Both the position numbers and the translations under genes were made by a program. Positions 47,584 to 56,562 of a stretch of 64,000 nt of DNA are shown here, one piece after another. The stretch is from Acholeplasmataceae bacterium. GTDB taxonomy: Bacteria > Bacillota_I > Bacilli_A > Acholeplasmatales > Acholeplasmataceae. The notes under the pieces were generated by a model. It made no database searches. It saw nothing but the letters and a program-made list of their open reading frames with translations, and was not told where the DNA came from. The stretch covers positions 832,001 to 896,000 of the forward strand of contig OY775910.1 in the NCBI GenBank assembly GCA_963675245.1. Reading direction: 5' to 3'. How positions within the stretch are numbered: the stretch's first letter is position 1; every line of letters begins with the position of its first letter.

Positions 47584-47761
47584 GCCATCATTTTAACCAC
47601 TAAAGTAAAAAAAGTAAATACAAAAACACTTAAATAATGTAAATAAATCACTATAAGGTAAAAAAAATACATTAATATGTAAACAAATTCTATGGTTCAT
47701 TCCATTTATATATGATAATCTATAGCCATGATAACGGTTACATTATCAATGGCGGAAAGTT

Positions 47762-48724
47762 ATGACTATGACAATAAATAAAAATGAAAAACGCGTCATC
47801 ACGAACAAGAAGAAACGTAAATTCACTAGAAAAGACTGGTCTTTACTCACTTTTTTGATACCTACAGTCATATATGTGTTTTTACTTCACTATCTACCAA
47901 TGGGTGGATTAATTATCGCTTTTAAAGATTATAACTCATATCAAGGTTTGTTCAATTCACCTTGGACAAGCATGGGTGGGTTTGGTCACTTTTATTATTT
48001 TATGACACTACCTAATTTTTGGCATATTATTTTAAATACGTTTGTAATTAGTATCTATTCGATTGGTGTTAATACGATATTTCCTATTGTATTGGCATTG
48101 TTAATCAATGAAATTAGACTTAAGTGGTTTAAAAAAACTGTACAAACAGTTTCTTACGCACCTTACTTTATTTCCGTTGTTGTCTTAGTTGGTATGCTAT
48201 TTTCATTTACGGACTTAGAAACAGGAATTATTAACTCGATTATCAGAGCTTTTGGCGGTGCACCTTCAAACTTAATGGAAAATGCAGTGTTATTTACGAC
48301 GATTTACGTTGTTAGTGGATTATGGCAAGGCTTAGGTTGGTGGTCAATTATTTACGTAGGAATTCTTTCTACGGTGGATCCTGAATTACATGAGGCAGCA
48401 GTTATGGATGGTGCTAGTCGTATGAAACGTATGTGGCACATTAATTTACCTGCCATATTACCTGTAGCTATTATTATGCTTATATTAAGTATCGGAAATA
48501 TGCTTACAGTTGGTTTTGAAAAAATTTATCTAATGCAAACTAATGGTAATATCACTGCATCAGAAGTCATATCAACTTATGTTTATCGAGTATCCTTAAG
48601 AGCGCTTATTCCACAATATAGTTATGCAACAGCGATAGGACTGTTCAATTCCATCATTAGTGTTGTGTTACTTGTGACGGCGAATAAGATTTCTGCAAAA
48701 GTCAATGAGACATCATTGTGGTAG
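47762..48724 (+). CDS. Carbohydrate ABC transporter permease (LplB/YteP-like)
   Basis: YAPYFISVVV; EAA motif EAAVMDGASR. Confidence 0.92.
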   Translation: MTMTINKNEKRVITNKKKRKFTRKDWSLLTFLIPTVIYVFLLHYLPMGGLIIAFKDYNSYQGLFNSPWTSMGGFGHFYYFMTLPNFWHIILNTFVISIYSIGVNTIFPIVLALLINEIRLKWFKKTVQTVSYAPYFISVVVLVGMLFSFTDLETGIINSIIRAFGGAPSNLMENAVLFTTIYVVSGLWQGLGWWSIIYVGILSTVDPELHEAAVMDGASRMKRMWHINLPAILPVAIIMLILSIGNMLTVGFEKIYLMQTNGNITASEVISTYVYRVSLRALIPQYSYATAIGLFNSIISVVLLVTANKISAKVNETSLW

Positions 48725-48739
48725 GCGAGGTGAGATGAC

Positions 48740-49606
48740 ATGGTAGAAAACAAAGGTTCAGATCGCGTATTTAATTGGGGTATTGTTGTTTTAGCGTTTG
48801 TATATGCACTTGTAACAATATTGCCATTACTACATGTACTAGCAAGTTCGTTTTCAGATCCTAGTGCTGTAAATAGAGGGCAGGTTGGTATATTCCCGGT
48901 TGGTTTCACATTAGATAGTTATCAAAAGGTTCTACAGGAACAAACTATTATCAGAGGGTTTCTAAATACCATCATGTACACTGTGATTGGCACACTTATC
49001 CAATTGATATTACAATTTACAGCAGCATATGCGTTAACTAGAAATGACTTAAAGTTTAAGAAGTTTTGGAATTTATTCTTTATCATTCCAATGTTTGTTA
49101 GTGGTGGACTAATCCCAACATATTTAGTAGTTAAGAGTCTAGGAATGATAAATACGATATGGGCAATGATTATTCCTGGTGTTGTAAATCTATTCAATAT
49201 CATCATTATCAGAACATATATTAAAACGACCATTCCTTGGGAGATGCAAGAATCGGCAATGATTGATGGTGCATCAAACTGGCGAATCTTCTTACAAATA
49301 GTTTTACCACTATGTAAACCTATTATTGCAGTAATGACACTTTATGCCATCATTGGATTTTGGAATGCATATTTCAATTCCTTGATTTATATTACTGAGG
49401 ATTCATTATTCCCACTGCAAAGAGTGTTGCAAAGATTCTTGGTCGCGAACGATAGTGGCACCATTGGTGGTGGTACTTCGGAATTGATGGCACAGTCATT
49501 GAAATATTCAACTATTGTGATAGCAAGTGCACCAATGTTATTGTTATATCCATTCTTCCAAAGATTCTTTGAAAAGGGATTGATGGTTGGTAGTGTGAAA
49601 GGATAA
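48740..49606 (+). CDS. Carbohydrate ABC transporter permease
   Basis: SGGLIPTY, ESAMIDGAS, YPFFQRFFEKG..GSVKG. Confidence 0.92.
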   Translation: MVENKGSDRVFNWGIVVLAFVYALVTILPLLHVLASSFSDPSAVNRGQVGIFPVGFTLDSYQKVLQEQTIIRGFLNTIMYTVIGTLIQLILQFTAAYALTRNDLKFKKFWNLFFIIPMFVSGGLIPTYLVVKSLGMINTIWAMIIPGVVNLFNIIIIRTYIKTTIPWEMQESAMIDGASNWRIFLQIVLPLCKPIIAVMTLYAIIGFWNAYFNSLIYITEDSLFPLQRVLQRFLVANDSGTIGGGTSELMAQSLKYSTIVIASAPMLLLYPFFQRFFEKGLMVGSVKG

Positions 49607-49615
49607 GAGGAAATC

Positions 49616-51337
49616 ATGAGAAAAATATTTAACATAATAATTTGTTTACTAGTTGCATTAACAGTTGCAGCTTGTCAAAATGAATCTTATAATCCAGATA
49701 ACTTCCTACTTAATGGTACAGAAGACAATCCGTATCAAATCGTAGAAGAAGCAATAACGATTGAAATATTTGTTCCAAGAGGAAGCAAAAACCCACCTTT
49801 TTCAACAATGAAAATGTTTCAAAAATTATCTGAAATTACAAATTTACAGTTTGAGTTTACAGAAGTGGATGTATCTGCATATACTCAAGTAAGATCCGCT
49901 GCTTGGGAGGATAAAGATAATTTACCAGACCTATTTCTGTTTAATAACTCTGTGGCAGAACAGGTAACATATTCTCAATATAATGCGCTTGTATCCTTTA
50001 ATGACGATAATCTTTCATCGGGTGGCGTTAATGCAGGCAATTTAATTGATAATTATATGCCAATTTATAGTGATTTATTAGAAAATAATTTTCACATGGA
50101 AACAACAGATAGTGCTATAGAGACTGCTTTATTTGAAGATGGCATGATGTATTCGACATTATCAGTAAATAATGTTCCAAGAGATTTGACATATAAAATG
50201 TTTATCAATCAAAAATGGATTGAGAATCTTAGAGAAGACTATCCGGGACTGTACGGTGATTTACCTGATGCCGTTGAAATTGAAACAATTGAACAGTACT
50301 TAGAAGTATTACAAGCATTCAAAGATGGTGACCCTAACAGAAACGGAAGAACAGATGATGAAATTCCGGTAACTGCGAAAGAGATGCAATACTTAAAACA
50401 ATTCATTTTAGCTTCTTATGGATATGTTTATCCTGGCGTTGAGCTAAATGCTGCAGGTACTGAAGCAGTTTATGTGCCATCAACAGATGCATACAAACAG
50501 TACTTAAAAACAGTTGCACAAATGTATAACAATGGACAAGGAGTTTTAGATCCTCAAGTCTTTAGTATTAAAACAGATGCGCAAATGGCAATTAAAGGTA
50601 ATGCAGGACGCTTAGGTTCATTTTCAGCCGCTGCACCATATTTGATTGTAGGATACGAAGGTACTGCTGAAGGTAGTATTGAATCATTTAACGAAAGTGA
50701 TTATGTTGCTTTTGGTCCGCTTACAAGTGACTATTATCAAGGAGAACCATTGCAATGGGGATTTGCTAAATTTCAAGCAAATGGCGCAGTTATTCCAATG
50801 GGAACACCAAAAGTCAGAGAAGTAGCAAGACTATTAGATATTATGTATTCAGAATTAGGGCAACAACTTATTTCTTATGGTGAAGAGGGCGTAGATTTTA
50901 CATGGGATGATGAAGATAAGACATCATGGACATTCCAAGTACCAGAAAGTTTTGAAGGATCTCAAGAAGATTATCGTGCCACATTAACACCAAATGTTGA
51001 TACGGCATCCGCACTTTATTGGAACTATGACTTTGTAGGTAAAATGAATGATCCTATTATCACCAGATTAAATCAAATGAGTGAGCGATATGCACCATAT
51101 TTAAAAGAAACATTCCCAACTGCAGTCAAAATGACAATTGAAGAATATTCCACAATCGAATTAATTAATGCGAGTATAAGCGTATATTTACAAAGTTCAG
51201 ACTATGATTTTATTACTGGAGTAAGAAACATTGATGATTATTGGGAAACATATATTGAACAATTAGAAAATTATAACTATTTAGAATTACTAGAAACATA
51301 TAACAACGCATACCAGCGTTACTTAAATCAAGATTAG
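49616..51337 (+). CDS. Sugar ABC transporter solute-binding lipoprotein
   Basis: Lipobox VAAC; FKDGDPNRNG..DEIP; YGEEGVDF. Confidence 0.88.
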   Translation: MRKIFNIIICLLVALTVAACQNESYNPDNFLLNGTEDNPYQIVEEAITIEIFVPRGSKNPPFSTMKMFQKLSEITNLQFEFTEVDVSAYTQVRSAAWEDKDNLPDLFLFNNSVAEQVTYSQYNALVSFNDDNLSSGGVNAGNLIDNYMPIYSDLLENNFHMETTDSAIETALFEDGMMYSTLSVNNVPRDLTYKMFINQKWIENLREDYPGLYGDLPDAVEIETIEQYLEVLQAFKDGDPNRNGRTDDEIPVTAKEMQYLKQFILASYGYVYPGVELNAAGTEAVYVPSTDAYKQYLKTVAQMYNNGQGVLDPQVFSIKTDAQMAIKGNAGRLGSFSAAAPYLIVGYEGTAEGSIESFNESDYVAFGPLTSDYYQGEPLQWGFAKFQANGAVIPMGTPKVREVARLLDIMYSELGQQLISYGEEGVDFTWDDEDKTSWTFQVPESFEGSQEDYRATLTPNVDTASALYWNYDFVGKMNDPIITRLNQMSERYAPYLKETFPTAVKMTIEEYSTIELINASISVYLQSSDYDFITGVRNIDDYWETYIEQLENYNYLELLETYNNAYQRYLNQD

Positions 51338-51348
51338 AAGGTATTTCG

Positions 51349-53535
51349 ATGACAAAAAGAGTGATCATCATCCTATTGATGGGTTTATTATTGACGCTAA
51401 GTGCGTGTCAAGTGGATCCACCAATTGAAGACCAATATTATACTGTCACGTTTGTTACTAACAATCAAGATGTTCTTTTACCACTTAGTGTAAAAGAAGG
51501 ATTGTCAGTTAATGAACCAAATGTACAAAAAGAAGGCTATCAATTGATAGGTTGGTTCAATGACGCTCAATTTACAGATGCATGGGAATTTGAAATAGAT
51601 ACTGTAAATGAAGATACTGTGTTATATGCGAAATGGGAAATAATTGTAGTGATAGATACTTTGACAACAGAGGAAATGCTAGTGAAACTAAACAACTCAA
51701 TTTACCAAGAAGAAATGAATGTGGATGAACAAAGTGGACTTTCAGACCCTAGTTTGGTTGGTGTCAATCAAACCCAATTAGAAAATGAAATAAGATATCC
51801 ATTGCCAAATTTAAATGACTTTGTTGAAGTGTTTTATGTATCAGACTACGGTCTTTCACCTGAAAATGAAGATAATACAAACGCATTTAGAGCGATGTTA
51901 AGCGATGTAGAAACTGTTCAAGGATTAAAATTAATTCAATTTGAATCAGGTATATATAAATTTGGTGAAACCATTGAGTTTTTAAATATTTCAGATTTGT
52001 ATATCGCAGGCAATGATACCGAATGGTTAATGCGTTCATGGCAAACAATTATGAAAGTAACATCAAGTGAAAACTTTCATATAAACGACATGAATTTCGA
52101 TTATGAAATCAGCCCCACTATTTCTGGAACAGTGGCTAGTGTTGATACAGAGCTTAGTCAAGTATCCGTATTAGTTAACGAAGAATTTGATATGTCCAAT
52201 TTTAGATATAACAACGGAAAAGTAAATTATGGCAATTATATGGAGTATGTCTATGATACATTCTCAGATGCATATATTCCCGATGCGAATGGTATGTTGA
52301 GATATAACTCAACAGGAGACAATATCAAAGGTATCAAAAATAGTTTTTATAATCCTGAAAGTAATCTCTTAACACTTGAATTCGATCCAATTCAAGGTGC
52401 GTTTAAATCACCGGAAATTGGCAAGGTGGTTTCAGTTGGTTTTACAATGTATGAATATACGGGATTTCTAGTAAAAGATTCAAAAAACGTTTATATGGAG
52501 ACAGTAAATATATATACGACACCAGGTATGGCATTTACTGGTCATTCAGATGAGAATTTATACTTTAATCGAATGAATATTATGCTAAAGGCTGATTCTT
52601 CAAGATTGATGACAGCAACAGCTGATGGTATTCACACAGCGGATACTATCGGAGAAATCATTATTTCTAACTCAATATTAGAAGCTTCACATGACGATTC
52701 TGTTAATATTAAAACTTTTTATTTTAAAGTGGATTCCGTTTTAAGAAATAAACTAACGGTTAATATGACAACGACTGAGGTAAGAATACCTATAAATGTT
52801 GGTGATCAACTTGAGTTTTTCGAAGATAATTCATTTGTATCTAAAGCAGTTAGAACAGTGATAGCAGTAGAATCGTATGGAACGACATACGAGATTACAT
52901 TAGATGAAAACTTGAGTACAGGATTAGTAGTTCAAGGTGATTTAGTTGGCAATTTATCCAGAGTAGCTAAAGTTACCATTGAAAATTCTATTTTTAGAAA
53001 TAAAAGAAATCGAGGCATCTTAGTTCAAGTAAGAGACTCAAAGATCATCAACTCATCTTTTTATAATATCATTCACGGACCTATTATGATGCATGCAGCA
53101 TTTGATGTGTTTGCAGAAGCGATTGTTCCTAAAAATGTTGTTATTGAGAATAATAAATTCTTTAATAATAATCAGTCACATGGCTTAAGTGGAGACATAT
53201 CCGTCTTTAGACATGGAGGAGACATTGTTAGAAGCACTATAACCGATATCGTGATCAATAACAATTATTTCTACCAAAGTAGTTATAATTCAATCTATTT
53301 ATTAGGTACGGGTCGAATTTCAATTACTGATAATGTATTCCATGATGTTTCAATAAAATCTTCTGGTGAAAATTCAGCTAATAGTGCCATAAATATAAAT
53401 ATAGTTTCGGATACATTAATATCCGGTAATCTCACATATATGATACAAGTGAAATCTGATTTCGTCTTTGTCTATGCAAATGATGATATCGATACAGTTT
53501 ATAACAATAATACAAACCACAATATCAATGAGTAG
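51349..53535 (+). CDS. Lipoprotein: InlB B-repeat plus right-handed beta-helix (GH110-like)
   Basis: Lipobox LSAC; GY..IGWF...LYAKW repeat; TADGIH, HDDSVN, NKRNRGILVQ. Confidence 0.7.
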   Translation: MTKRVIIILLMGLLLTLSACQVDPPIEDQYYTVTFVTNNQDVLLPLSVKEGLSVNEPNVQKEGYQLIGWFNDAQFTDAWEFEIDTVNEDTVLYAKWEIIVVIDTLTTEEMLVKLNNSIYQEEMNVDEQSGLSDPSLVGVNQTQLENEIRYPLPNLNDFVEVFYVSDYGLSPENEDNTNAFRAMLSDVETVQGLKLIQFESGIYKFGETIEFLNISDLYIAGNDTEWLMRSWQTIMKVTSSENFHINDMNFDYEISPTISGTVASVDTELSQVSVLVNEEFDMSNFRYNNGKVNYGNYMEYVYDTFSDAYIPDANGMLRYNSTGDNIKGIKNSFYNPESNLLTLEFDPIQGAFKSPEIGKVVSVGFTMYEYTGFLVKDSKNVYMETVNIYTTPGMAFTGHSDENLYFNRMNIMLKADSSRLMTATADGIHTADTIGEIIISNSILEASHDDSVNIKTFYFKVDSVLRNKLTVNMTTTEVRIPINVGDQLEFFEDNSFVSKAVRTVIAVESYGTTYEITLDENLSTGLVVQGDLVGNLSRVAKVTIENSIFRNKRNRGILVQVRDSKIINSSFYNIIHGPIMMHAAFDVFAEAIVPKNVVIENNKFFNNNQSHGLSGDISVFRHGGDIVRSTITDIVINNNYFYQSSYNSIYLLGTGRISITDNVFHDVSIKSSGENSANSAININIVSDTLISGNLTYMIQVKSDFVFVYANDDIDTVYNNNTNHNINE

Positions 53536-53544
53536 GTGAATAAA

Positions 53545-56478
53545 ATGAAAAAAATTATAGCGATATTATTAACTTTAAGCACGATATTTTTACTCGTAGC
53601 TTGTCAAGAAGAAATCGTTCAATACCAGGTTGATTTTGCTACAAATGGCGGTTCCGAGGTTGTTTCAGTGACCGTGAATGAGCAAAGTAAAATTAACAAA
53701 CCAACGACACTTAGAGATGGATACAAATTTATGGGATGGTATTTAGATAGTAATTTTACAACTGCTTGGGATTTTGATGTTGATGTTGTGAATGAAAACA
53801 TAACATTGTATGCAAAATGGGAAGAAATCATTGATCCTCAAATGTCAATTACTGATTATGTTGATGAACTGTTATCTTCTGCATACACAAACGAGGCACT
53901 TACCACTTTCTATGGTTTAAATGCACCAAACAATGTCGGTGTTAATGAAGATGAAGTCGGTGAATTATATGAAGAAATTGATGATAGCAATTATGAATCA
54001 AATGCAATATTTGATTTTGAAGCTATCAAAACCGAACAATCTTTAAATGACACAGACGCGTGGGATGAAGTACTTGCTCAAGCGAGTGCAGTGAATAGTT
54101 CTTTAAATATTCCAGTAAAAATTAAATTACCAAATAGAACAATTCAAATTATGGCATCAGAATCTACAACTGCTATGGATAACTATTCAATATCAATATA
54201 TGGATTCAATGGATTACATATGATTGGTGGAGAAGATACTGTACTTATGATTGAAACACCGACTGTTTGGAGGGGTGGCTTGAAAATTGAACAATCTACG
54301 GATGTTCAAATTAATCATGTCATGATTGATTATAAATATGCACCAACTTTGACTGGAATTATCAAAAGCTATGATGCTGAAGCTTTAACAATAACAATGG
54401 ATATTCCAGCATCCATGCATGAAGCAGTTCAGCATTTTAAGAATACACCAGATTTAGTTTCATCACTATATTCATTCGTTGAATATAACATGTTTACAAA
54501 TGGACCAAAAGAAGGTGGAAATGTATTGATATATTCTCAAGGTGTATTTGAGAATGTAGAAATTATTGATAATCAAAGTGAATCATTAGATCAAGTCATT
54601 GTTACATTTACAGAAGGATATGCTGATTCATTCAAGGTTCCTAGAATAAATGACCGTGTGGCTTTAGGATTCGCAATGTATGGGAATAATGGTATCACTA
54701 TTGGTAATTCAGAGGATATCATTCTTGAAAATGTGGGTATATACACAGCACCTGGTATGGGATTAACGGCAAGTTATGTAAATAACTTGTATATTAATCA
54801 ATTTAAATTAGTGTTAAAAGATGATCGTTTAATGACAGCTACAGCTGATGGTATACATATCGTCAATTCAACGGGACGTGTTGAAATAACAAATAGTATT
54901 ATTGAAAACACACATGATGATGCCTTAAATATTAAGAGTGGTTATTACTACTCGTTATCAAATGTTGATGCAGTGAATCGTGTCATAACCTTAGCAATGA
55001 AAACATCAGCTATACCGTTGCCTAAAGTTGGAGACATTATTCAAATATATGGATATACAGATTTTGATTTAAGAGCTTCACTAACAGTTGTTGAGGTATC
55101 AGGAACATCTAATCTCATGGAAATTAAAGTTGCAGAACGTCTTCCAGGAACCACAGATTGGACAAATGCTGTCGCAACAAACATATCTTTTTCAGCAGAG
55201 TTATTATTTAAGAATAATATCGTGAGAAATAAAAGAAATCGTGGCATATTAGTTCAAGTAAGAGATGCTGTGATTGAAAATAATACATTTGAAAATATTG
55301 GACATGGCTCCATTCAAGTGGCTTCATCTTTAGATATATATAACGAAGCCACAATGCCAGATAATATTTTAATTCAGAACAATAAATTTATTAATAATGG
55401 GTATTTGCTTAATGAAGCGTTAAGAGGCGATGTATCAGTGTTCGCGATTGCCGAAGGAGGTAATGTTGCACCTTCGGGTACGATTTCAAATGTGACAATA
55501 ACGAATAACTTCATCGCTAACACCGCTAACACAGGCATATCTTTAAGAGGTGTAGGTGGAGATTCAGTGGTTGTGTCTAATAATCTTTTATACAATACAG
55601 CGAGAGTCTATAGCTCTAACTTAACTGAAGCAGCCATTGAACTCGTCAATGTACAAGATATTTCAATCGTGAATAATTATAATTATTACACATTGAGTTC
55701 ACTGACTTATTCAGGTATTATTCCAGCGGGATTAACAAAAACAGATTCGATTGCATTAGAAGGTAACACGAATCTAAACTATCAAATTGCAGATGGTGAA
55801 GTTCTAACTTATACAGTGAGTCAGATTTCAGACGAAGTAATTACAATTGATGGAAATATTAGTGACTGGGTTGATCTTGGAACAGATATTGTTATAGATG
55901 GATCATCATTAGCAACTGGTGATGAAATATCACCTTCAGTGTATGAAAATGTCTTTCATATAAACACTGCAAAAATTGCATATAGCGATACAGGAATTTA
56001 TTTTGGATTTGATATCTTTGATGATACGTTAAACTTTAAAACAATTAATGATTTCTGGACAGGTGATGTTGTTGAAATATTCCTATCAACATATCTTGAA
56101 AGTCCTAATGCAGACTTCATGTTATATAAAGAAGAAGGTGATGTGTTCCAGTTAGCACTAGCGCAGACATGGGCATCACAATACTGGTTCGCTCAAAGTA
56201 GAACAAGCACGAGTATTATGGGTGAAAAAGAACTTGTTGATGTTGCAGTTGTTGAAACTGTAGACGGATGGGCAGGCGAAGTATTTATTCCATTCACACT
56301 TTTACCGAACGTAGAAACAATGATTGATGAAGGAGAAGGCATCGCACTAGCAATCGTGTTCGCAGACGCAGAACGTTTAGATATAAACAGGACACGTGTT
56401 CAAGTGGGAAATGTACCACATTTTGTTGAAGCGTTTAAGACAAAAACAGCTAGAATACCTCTCTATATTTTCGATTAA
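53545..56478 (+). CDS. Lipoprotein: InlB B-repeat, GH110-like beta-helix, C-terminal CBM9-like domain
   Basis: Lipobox LVAC; TADGIH, HDDALN, NKRNRGILVQ; IDGNISDW...WTGDVVEIF...EVFIPF. Confidence 0.7.
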   Translation: MKKIIAILLTLSTIFLLVACQEEIVQYQVDFATNGGSEVVSVTVNEQSKINKPTTLRDGYKFMGWYLDSNFTTAWDFDVDVVNENITLYAKWEEIIDPQMSITDYVDELLSSAYTNEALTTFYGLNAPNNVGVNEDEVGELYEEIDDSNYESNAIFDFEAIKTEQSLNDTDAWDEVLAQASAVNSSLNIPVKIKLPNRTIQIMASESTTAMDNYSISIYGFNGLHMIGGEDTVLMIETPTVWRGGLKIEQSTDVQINHVMIDYKYAPTLTGIIKSYDAEALTITMDIPASMHEAVQHFKNTPDLVSSLYSFVEYNMFTNGPKEGGNVLIYSQGVFENVEIIDNQSESLDQVIVTFTEGYADSFKVPRINDRVALGFAMYGNNGITIGNSEDIILENVGIYTAPGMGLTASYVNNLYINQFKLVLKDDRLMTATADGIHIVNSTGRVEITNSIIENTHDDALNIKSGYYYSLSNVDAVNRVITLAMKTSAIPLPKVGDIIQIYGYTDFDLRASLTVVEVSGTSNLMEIKVAERLPGTTDWTNAVATNISFSAELLFKNNIVRNKRNRGILVQVRDAVIENNTFENIGHGSIQVASSLDIYNEATMPDNILIQNNKFINNGYLLNEALRGDVSVFAIAEGGNVAPSGTISNVTITNNFIANTANTGISLRGVGGDSVVVSNNLLYNTARVYSSNLTEAAIELVNVQDISIVNNYNYYTLSSLTYSGIIPAGLTKTDSIALEGNTNLNYQIADGEVLTYTVSQISDEVITIDGNISDWVDLGTDIVIDGSSLATGDEISPSVYENVFHINTAKIAYSDTGIYFGFDIFDDTLNFKTINDFWTGDVVEIFLSTYLESPNADFMLYKEEGDVFQLALAQTWASQYWFAQSRTSTSIMGEKELVDVAVVETVDGWAGEVFIPFTLLPNVETMIDEGEGIALAIVFADAERLDINRTRVQVGNVPHFVEAFKTKTARIPLYIFD

Positions 56479-56562
56479 TAAAAAAGGTAAAAAAGACATA
56501 ATTATGTCTATATTAAATAAGGGAGTTTCATATAGTAAAAAACTATATGGGAAAGGAAAAAA

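Noticed and set aside
47762..51337. ABC transporter lacking an ATPase as a defective system
   Set aside because: Carbohydrate ABC importers of this class commonly share an MsmX/MsmK-type ATPase encoded elsewhere
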